Source: a bacterium (GTDB lineage: Bacteria; Patescibacteriota; Dojkabacteria; B142; OLB20). Taken from it: 64,000 nt of DNA. The position numbers and the translations under genes are program-made. Position 1 is the first letter of the stretch. Every line of letters begins with the position of its first letter. Below the pieces are notes generated by a model. That model saw only the letters and a list, made by a program, of their open reading frames with translations, had not been told where the DNA came from and searched no databases. The DNA is taken from NCBI GenBank assembly GCA_021463645.1, contig JAJTYI010000006.1, positions 181,692 to 245,691 on the forward strand, read 5' to 3'. Of the stretch, positions 58,207 through 64,000 are shown piece after piece.

Positions 58207-59454
58207 ATGTTAAGAAGATTTTTCACCGTTCTCACTGGAGGATTGTTTTTGTTTATAGTATTTCCTTTCGGTAACGTAGATGCGCTTGTTATCGAGAGCG
58301 TAAAAGATGATACTCAAATCGTAGTTACAAATGATGTTGATGATGATTTGTTGTTAAAGGGTGAAGGTATGATCACTGTCGATGGGGATGTGAACGGTGA
58401 TTTAATAATTCTAGGAGAAACAGTAAAAGTAACTGGTGATGTAGAAGGGAATGTTTATATTTTCGGGAGTACAGTAACCATAGAAAGTATTGTTGGTAAG
58501 AGTGTATACGTAATTAGTGGTACTACTTTTTTGAATGGTGAAGTTTATAGAGATGTATATCTAATGGGTGGAAGTGTTCATTTGAGTGGCCCAGTTAAAG
58601 AAGATGTAATCATTGCAGGAGGAGATGTTTATGTTCAAGGTGAAGTAGGAGACGACATAAGAGCTTTTACAGGAACAATGCGAGTTAATACTACTGTAGG
58701 TGGAGATATTGTCTCTGCTAGTGGAAATACAATTATTGGAGGAACGGTTCAAGGTAGTGTGATTTCTACTGGAGCAACTGATTTGCAAGATTCTATTGTT
58801 GAAGGAGATTTTGTCGCTTACACTGACAAAAATGATGTTGTTAAATATTCTGAAAGTACAATACAAGGAGAGCGTTCAATCAAAGGATATGAGCAGTTTG
58901 GGGAGTTCTTTAAAACTAACAATACTTCTATCACAAGCACCTTAATTGAAGATATTTGGACAAAAACATTTTGGTCTATGTTTCAATGTGTCGGAACTGT
59001 GATTTTAGGGTATCTTCTTTTCAAATTTGCTCCAGTTAGACTCGAGAATACATTGGCAAAGATGAATGACACCCAAGAAGTTCTAAAGAGTTTCTTGATT
59101 GGATTTTTTGCTTTCCCGGTTGGAATATTCATAGTCATCTTCCTGGCATTATCTATAATCGGTTGGCCGATTCTGAAAGTAATAGTACTGCTAGCATTGC
59201 TTTCGACTTCTGTGGTGACACCCATATCTGGAATCATTTTGGGAAGGAAAATCCTACCGTTAATTGGTAGTAAAAGAAGATATGTCGTTCCTTTAACACT
59301 TGGTGTTGTGATAATTCAAATCATCAGTACAATCCCTATTCTTGGATGGTTTTTCTATCAAAGTGTCGTATTTGTTGTTATTGGAGCAATGCTTCGTATG
59401 CAGTGGGGTAAATACCAAATTGCACAGAAGATGACGGTAAAGGTAACAAAGTAA
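58207..59454 (+). CDS. Bactofilin-like beta-helical repeat protein fused to a C-terminal polytopic membrane domain
   Basis: Signal/TM, then about 10 repeats of the G(D/E)V.GD(L/V)...G..V.V.G type. The last ~170 aa contain 4-5 TM. Confidence 0.55.
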   Translation: MLRRFFTVLTGGLFLFIVFPFGNVDALVIESVKDDTQIVVTNDVDDDLLLKGEGMITVDGDVNGDLIILGETVKVTGDVEGNVYIFGSTVTIESIVGKSVYVISGTTFLNGEVYRDVYLMGGSVHLSGPVKEDVIIAGGDVYVQGEVGDDIRAFTGTMRVNTTVGGDIVSASGNTIIGGTVQGSVISTGATDLQDSIVEGDFVAYTDKNDVVKYSESTIQGERSIKGYEQFGEFFKTNNTSITSTLIEDIWTKTFWSMFQCVGTVILGYLLFKFAPVRLENTLAKMNDTQEVLKSFLIGFFAFPVGIFIVIFLALSIIGWPILKVIVLLALLSTSVVTPISGIILGRKILPLIGSKRRYVVPLTLGVVIIQIISTIPILGWFFYQSVVFVVIGAMLRMQWGKYQIAQKMTVKVTK

Positions 59455-59525
59455 TTTTCTAATTGATAAAAAGAGAGCAGGCTAAAATCTGTTATGAATT
59501 TTTGTTGCCTGTTATCTTCCGCTAA

Positions 59526-60026
59526 TTATTTGTTTTCCACCAACTTCATCAACTCATAGCAGACCATCACATCATTTAGTGCTCTATGGGATTGTAGCTC
59601 GAGTCCGAGATATTCTTTAATAGTGGTTAATCGGAAATTAGTAATCGGAAGATTTGACCTCCTCGCAACTTGCACAGTACATAGTTTTGGGTTATCTAAT
59701 TCGGGAATCTCATACCGACCAAATTCTGCATTCAGAAAACGATAGTCGAAATTTACATTGTGTGCTACAAATGTACTATGACCAATAAAATCCTTTACTT
59801 CTTTAAAAACTTCTTCTGGTTCACGCCCGTCGTTATTTAAGTCTTGTTTGGTAATTCCAGTAATTTGTGTGATCAAAGAGGGGACATCCCCAGGAATGTT
59901 AATCAAAGTTGAATATTCTGAAACAATCTTCCCTTTGGAAATTTTGATTGCAGCAACTTCTATGACTCTATGGTAGTTGCAATTTAATCCGGTGGTTTCT
60001 GTATCGATTATTACCAAATCATCCAT
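59526..60026 (-). CDS. DnaQ-like 3'-5' exonuclease (DEDDh)
   Basis: Exo I IIDTETTGL, Exo II AHNVNFDYRFL, Exo III HRALNDV. Confidence 0.85.
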   Translation of the reverse strand: MDDLVIIDTETTGLNCNYHRVIEVAAIKISKGKIVSEYSTLINIPGDVPSLITQITGITKQDLNNDGREPEEVFKEVKDFIGHSTFVAHNVNFDYRFLNAEFGRYEIPELDNPKLCTVQVARRSNLPITNFRLTTIKEYLGLELQSHRALNDVMVCYELMKLVENK

Positions 60027-60423
60027 TAGACTTCCTTTCAATCATGATGCAGGCCTCATGAATACTTTCAATTTCATTTATTTTGCAGTATTCGAGTGCT
60101 TCAGGGCTCTCACTTCCAGGCTGAAACCATACATTTTTAATTCCCAACTCATTAACTTCTCTTAAAACCTCTAAAGTGACATGTGGTGGAACTACAAAAA
60201 TAACTACATCAATTTTTTCATTAATATCTGACAATTGTGTGTAGACTTTGTGACCTAAAATCTCAGTCTCGTTTGGATTTACAGGATAGACATCATAACC
60301 TGCACTAGTTAAGTCCTTGAAAACCCTGTGTCCATATTTTTCCGGATTTTTCGAGACACCGATAACAGCATAAATATTCTTTTTGTCTATAAGTGAGTGC
60401 ATTTCTTGAGTATTGAATATCAT
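60019..60423 (-). CDS. CoA-binding domain protein (YccU-like)
   Basis: IYAVIGVSKNPEKYGHRVFKDL...YPVNP...VVIFVVPP. Confidence 0.8.
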   Translation of the reverse strand: MIFNTQEMHSLIDKKNIYAVIGVSKNPEKYGHRVFKDLTSAGYDVYPVNPNETEILGHKVYTQLSDINEKIDVVIFVVPPHVTLEVLREVNELGIKNVWFQPGSESPEALEYCKINEIESIHEACIMIERKSNG

Positions 60424-60456
60424 TATTATACAGTATAAGTATATTAAAAATTTCTT

Positions 60457-61245
60457 ATGACAAATAATCTAAACCAACCTACCGTCTCAGAGGCAAATCC
60501 TGTGATGGAAACTCCTGTTCAAACAGTTCCTGTTAAAACAGACGGTTATAACGAAGCGGTAAAGCAGGGAAATTCTATGAAAGTTGTTCTATTGGTTGTT
60601 ATTTTCCTAATTTTTGGAGTGTTAGTAGCGTATATTTTGATGAATTATTTAGGAGGGGATGAAGAGCCAGAAGTTGTCACTCCCACAGCGGTTCCAACGG
60701 TGGAGGCGACGTCTGCAGTAAATGAGCCGACGGTAACACCACAAGGTATTGCTTCAGGTTACAAAGATTTTTCATTCCCCGCTTATATTCCAGACAATAA
60801 AGATAATCCATTCATGATTAGCGGAAAAGCTTTAGAAGACTCTGAATTTGCTACATTAGAAGAGGAAGGATCCGTAGGCTTTACCATCAGCGGAGAAGAA
60901 TATCAACTAAATGTAAGAGCTTATTTTGAATCTCAAAATACACCGTACAATGAATATTTCTTCCTTGAAAGAGATGGAGCGGATACAATAGCAAGAGTGA
61001 AACACGATTATATTGATGCTACTAAAGATCTCTATAAATACGTTAGATCAGATACTGTAAGTGAGACTATTGATTGTAAAGGGATGGGTCCAGAGGATAT
61101 AATCCCTGCTCCTTGCGGACAAGCACGTTATACAAGTTACAATCAAGTTGAAACATTTTATATTCTAGATATCACATGTGATGCTGATGCTGAAAACGTA
61201 ACGAAGTGTGATGAAATAGTTAAATCTCTTGAAATTCAATATTAG
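60457..61245 (+). CDS. Hypothetical membrane-anchored secreted protein
   Basis: 262-aa ORF with one TM, a PT-rich stalk and a Cys-containing C-terminal domain. Confidence 0.6.
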   Translation: MTNNLNQPTVSEANPVMETPVQTVPVKTDGYNEAVKQGNSMKVVLLVVIFLIFGVLVAYILMNYLGGDEEPEVVTPTAVPTVEATSAVNEPTVTPQGIASGYKDFSFPAYIPDNKDNPFMISGKALEDSEFATLEEEGSVGFTISGEEYQLNVRAYFESQNTPYNEYFFLERDGADTIARVKHDYIDATKDLYKYVRSDTVSETIDCKGMGPEDIIPAPCGQARYTSYNQVETFYILDITCDADAENVTKCDEIVKSLEIQY

Positions 61246-61703
61246 TTCTCGACGCTTAATCTTTCAAGTTCCTTAAGGATTTCGGTCTTTCCTTTAAAGC
61301 ACTTGTCTTTTGCCACGAGTAGGGGGACACCTTTCTGATCATTTGGAATATTACATTTCTCTATACTATTATCAAAGCCTCGTTTATTTAGACTATTGCC
61401 TTTTAAACTTTTAATAGATAAATCAATATGATTTGAATACTCTCGAAATTCTATTTCGTCTATCGTTTCTTCACAGAATTTACAATCAGAGTCAGTATAA
61501 AGAATAATCTTGTTAGGATTGTTCACTCCATAGGTATAATTCATAACCATTATAAATGCCAAAATATTCACTAAGAATAGGGCTATTGGACTTTTAGACT
61601 TCATTTCAGAATATTTCATGTAGTTATTATAGCTTATTGGGAAAATTGTATTAACAGAAACAGCAGGTTTGAATTTAACTAGAATCTTACCTAAATAACT
61701 CAT
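61242..61703 (-). CDS. Membrane-anchored thioredoxin/glutaredoxin-like protein
   Basis: One TM, then YTDSDCKFCEE (CxxC) and GVPLL (cis-Pro region). ATG 61703 has AAGGAAA 8-9 nt upstream and is preferred over TTG 61733. Confidence 0.6.
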   Translation of the reverse strand: MSYLGKILVKFKPAVSVNTIFPISYNNYMKYSEMKSKSPIALFLVNILAFIMVMNYTYGVNNPNKIILYTDSDCKFCEETIDEIEFREYSNHIDLSIKSLKGNSLNKRGFDNSIEKCNIPNDQKGVPLLVAKDKCFKGKTEILKELERLSVEN

Positions 61704-61729
61704 TTTTATTTCCTTCAAGTATTTCAAAT

Positions 61730-62596
61730 TCAAGAATTATTCTCAAAGATAAAGTGAGACCTAACATCTGCTACAAATTTGGGGGGATTTTGATAATCTT
61801 TAGCAGGCGAAACTCGAAGAAGAGTGTTAATTCCTTGTAGAATTTTGTGTGCTCCCCATCTGGGGTCTGAAAACAAACCTTCTCTTGTTAAACCATCAGG
61901 AATAGAAGGGAAAACATTGAGGATTTCGTTAGCTATCACTCGAGCTTATTCCAGTGTTTGGGCTTTGGATAATGACATTCCTAGTCTCTTGCTATCTACA
62001 ACATTTCGATTTTGGAACTGTTCTTCAAACATTATCTCCATGAACCATCCGATTGATTGCCAGAAAGAGGGATTATAAGGAACTACAAAGTCACAAACAA
62101 AATGATAACTCCCTCTTCCAACATCACCAGATCGAAGTATATATCCTGATACTTTATTCTTCATTAATATTGAAATAAGTGGAATTAAATCGTGGTATAT
62201 TTTCTCCTTACTTTGGCCTGATGATGGTATATCAAGATCCATCATTGGTACTACGAGTTTTAAACCCTCTTTGGTCTTAAATGTCCCCGAAATTGAGGAT
62301 ATACATGGCTCGTCAAATTCTGCTGTGGCTGTTTGTGTAAATGTTGATAAATCTGAAATTAGATTAATTGAAGAAACGGTCCCTATCAGTTCTAGAGGAT
62401 TGTCTCCATGAAGCCGATCTTGAGCATAAGCTTTCACGAAGATATCTAATTCCCCGAGTGATTCTGTTAGGATTGAATACAAAAATATTACAAAATCTTC
62501 TCCCTTCACAGGATCATCTTCTCCGGTTATGGAATATTTTAGCCCATCTGGTCCGCAACTATTGATGAGGTGAGTAAAATATAGAGGTTCTGTCAT
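61730..62596 (-). pseudogene. Hypothetical protein interrupted by an in-frame TAA (complement of 61946-61948); weak primase-polymerase-like motifs
   Basis: ORFs 61946-62596 and 61730-61939 share one frame: ...KAQTLE-TAA-ARVIANEILNVF... Motifs VVPMMDLDIP and GYILRSGDVGRGSYHFV resemble AEP motifs I and II, and LLRVSPAKDYQNP lies after the stop. The functional call is speculative. Confidence 0.4.
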
Positions 62597-62620
62597 TTAT
62601 TAGTTAGGATACACATTTGG

Positions 62621-62629
62621 ATTATATCA
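62621..62629 (-). promoter_or_regulatory. Extended -10 promoter element TGATATAAT
   Basis: The complement of attatatca. The TATAAT ends 24 nt upstream of the ATG at 62596. The same 11-mer GGATTATATCA recurs before the next gene. Confidence 0.5.
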
Positions 62630-62852
62630 CCATAAGTATCAGTCCTAAGCATGTCTATTTCATAAATCCTACTAAATTGAGTTATTACCTAGTGATTCAA
62701 ATCCAAATGACTGATTCTGTAACTATCTTCTGAAGCAGGATTGTAATTTCCGCGATACGGCATATCGAGTGTGGTTCTATGGGTTGAATATACCATTACG
62801 ATATTACTTCCACAACTTCACGTGGATATGATTTTCCTATAGAAAATATATC

Positions 62853-63242
62853 TCAAGCTTTATCTATTGGGGTAGGCCATACGGGAGGTTCTGAAGGTGT
62901 TTGATTCCCTCCCAGGTTTGATGCTAAATATATGCCGGATGTAACCAAGGGTATACCATTCAATAATATATCTTTAAATAATAGCATTTTCCTCCAACCT
63001 CTCGGTAACATGTCTTCGTTTTCAGGAGAAATCTGGATAGATAAATCCCTGATTGTGTTGTAAGTCAACAATCCTAATTGTAGACCATGCCAGACTCCAT
63101 TTACGGCCAAAATTGGTAATTTGTATTCGGATTCTGTACTAAATGCATTTATGGTCAAAGCATCTAATGCGACATTTGCCATAGTTACAAGACCTCTTAT
63201 TAGAACATCTCTTTGTGTAGGTAAAATATTTATCGTTTCCAT
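62853..63242 (-). CDS. Hypothetical protein
   Basis: 129-aa ORF with a partly hydrophobic C-terminal half. Confidence 0.5.
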   Translation of the reverse strand: METINILPTQRDVLIRGLVTMANVALDALTINAFSTESEYKLPILAVNGVWHGLQLGLLTYNTIRDLSIQISPENEDMLPRGWRKMLLFKDILLNGIPLVTSGIYLASNLGGNQTPSEPPVWPTPIDKA

Positions 63243-63265
63243 CTAGATAATATGAATATATGCGG

Positions 63266-63274
63266 ATTATATCA
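63266..63274 (-). promoter_or_regulatory. Extended -10 promoter element TGATATAAT
   Basis: Identical TGATATAATCC motif (complement of 63264-63274), 23 nt upstream of the ATG at 63242. Confidence 0.5.
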
Positions 63275-63463
63275 TACAGAGGATCTATCACAAACTAGAT
63301 TATGACTGTTGATTAAGCTTTTATCCAGTACTAGAGTGCTCTATTTAATCCTCCCCAAATCCCCATCAATCACAACGGGCTGGAAGGTGATTAATTCATC
63401 CTTGTAATGCATATCGGGTAAACGATTGTAGGGAAAGATCCTTAAGTGCTTCGGAGAGTGCGA

Positions 63464-63735
63464 CCCCGGATTAAATCCGGGGGAACTCACGATCCCACTC
63501 GTCCAATTAGTTTACCCACTATAATTTCAATGATGGTGGACCAACTAGTAAAAATACTAAACGGAGAGGACAGCCCCGGATCTAGTCCGGGGGAACTCGC
63601 GATCCCTTTTGAGACACTTCGTTAGCAGTCCTGCCTGTCGACAGGCAGGGAAGCGTACCGCTTAGCGGTATGAACTTTCGACTTCACCCCGCCTTGGCGG
63701 GGCAAGCTCAGCCAACTATTAAAAATACTAAACGG
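63464..63735. repeat. Interleaved direct repeats and GC-rich perfect hairpins in non-coding DNA
   Basis: 33-nt repeat CCCCGGAT(TAA/CTAGT)...CCGGGGGAACTC(A/G)CGATCCC at 63464-63496 and 63574-63606. 24-nt repeat CCAACTA(G/T)TAAAAATACTAAACGG at 63541-63564 and 63712-63735. Perfect palindromes at 63630-63649, 63656-63670 and 63687-63702. Confidence 0.85.
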
Positions 63736-63788
63736 TACCTTTTGGTTGAAATTCTAACTTTTTTTGAACAAAATCCAGAATAATGAGG

Positions 63789-63946
63789 TGCGTTTCCGCT
63801 TGCCTCCGCTCCGCTACGGCAAACCAAAACAGAAATTTTTTCATTACATTTTTTATTTTTTTCTGCCCCCCCCATTTTTTTCTTTTAATAGGAGATGAAA
63901 AATTTTCTGTTTTTGGTTTTCTCTTAATCAGAGAAAAGCGGAAACG
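63789..63946. repeat. Long imperfect inverted repeat around a T-rich/C8 core
   Basis: Outer arms GCGTTTCCGCTT (63789-63800) / AAGCGGAAACGC (63935-63946). Inner arms AAACCAAAACAGAAATTTTTTCAT (63820-63843) / ATGAAAAATTTTCTGTTTTTGGTTT (63894-63918). The centre contains CTGCCCCCCCCA flanked by T runs. Confidence 0.8.
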
Positions 63947-64000
63947 CTCTATTCTTAATCGCAAAAGGGCAAAAATTCCTTCCCCTCAACCCCCTTCCTT

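Noticed and set aside
41630-61948. Stop-codon reassignment (TAA/TAG read as sense) as an explanation for the in-frame stops
   Set aside because: TAA and TAG terminate many genes at the expected family lengths (gltX TAA, rhomboid TAG, copA TAA), and TGA does so as well (infB). No tRNA with a stop-reading anticodon is visible in the window. Localised lesions or errors are the simpler explanation.
63321-63330. DnaA-box-like TTATCCAGT, and the question of a chromosomal oriC
   Set aside because: Only isolated near-matches to TTATCCACA were seen. There is no cluster of boxes and no dnaA or dnaN nearby, so this is insufficient for an oriC call.
63464-63735. CRISPR array
   Set aside because: Each repeat has only two copies, the two periods are unequal (110 and 171 nt), the repeats are interleaved rather than uniform, and no cas genes are present in the window.
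63728-63964. 78-aa minus-strand ORF (lysine/arginine-rich)
   Set aside because: It reads straight across both arms and the homopolymer core of the long palindrome. Its composition reflects the A/T runs, and it has no start context or motifs.

Overview
AT-rich, gene-dense bacterial chromosomal segment with about 70 protein genes, one tRNA and one riboswitch. TGA, TAA and TAG each terminate clearly full-length housekeeping genes (infB ends TGA, rhomboid TAG, gltX TAA), so the standard bacterial code applies. The gene content suggests, by inference only, a small-genome CPR/Patescibacteria-like organism: short IF-2, archaeal-type adenylate kinase, a FemAB plus MurF-like pair, many membrane-anchored hypotheticals, one giant surface protein and almost no biosynthesis. 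Recognisable blocks are as follows. (1) dnaJ, infB, rhomboid, adkA and trmD. (2) A MurF-like/FemAB envelope pair. (3) A surface-protein cluster at 9.5-23.2 kb: a ~1680-aa beta-helix/CBM-like protein ending in a dockerin-like module, beside membrane-anchored cohesin-like paralogs. (4) gltX. (5) A minus-strand block of metallophosphoesterases, NUDIX, Ldh_2, transporters and GNAT. (6) tRNA-Ser(CGA) embedded in a GC-rich, hairpin-dense duplicated non-coding block. (7) Tandem paralogous membrane proteins with Cys-rich repeats. (8) A CsoR-controlled copper operon including copA. (9) An OmpR/HK two-component operon. (10) A cobalamin riboswitch in front of a DUF4430 lipoprotein and an S-component-like gene. 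(11) LCP, a bactofilin-like protein and a DnaQ-like exonuclease. (12) At the right edge, an interrupted gene followed by about 750 bp of non-coding GC-rich hairpin repeats and a long palindrome. Four genes with recognisable continuations carry in-frame stops or frameshifts. The items most worth follow-up are the dockerin/cohesin-like surface system, the tRNA-associated structured repeats, the right-edge repeat/palindrome module and the cluster of gene-interrupting lesions. No CRISPR array, transposase, integrase or rRNA was seen. Everything is from reading the sequence and ORF translations; no database search was run.
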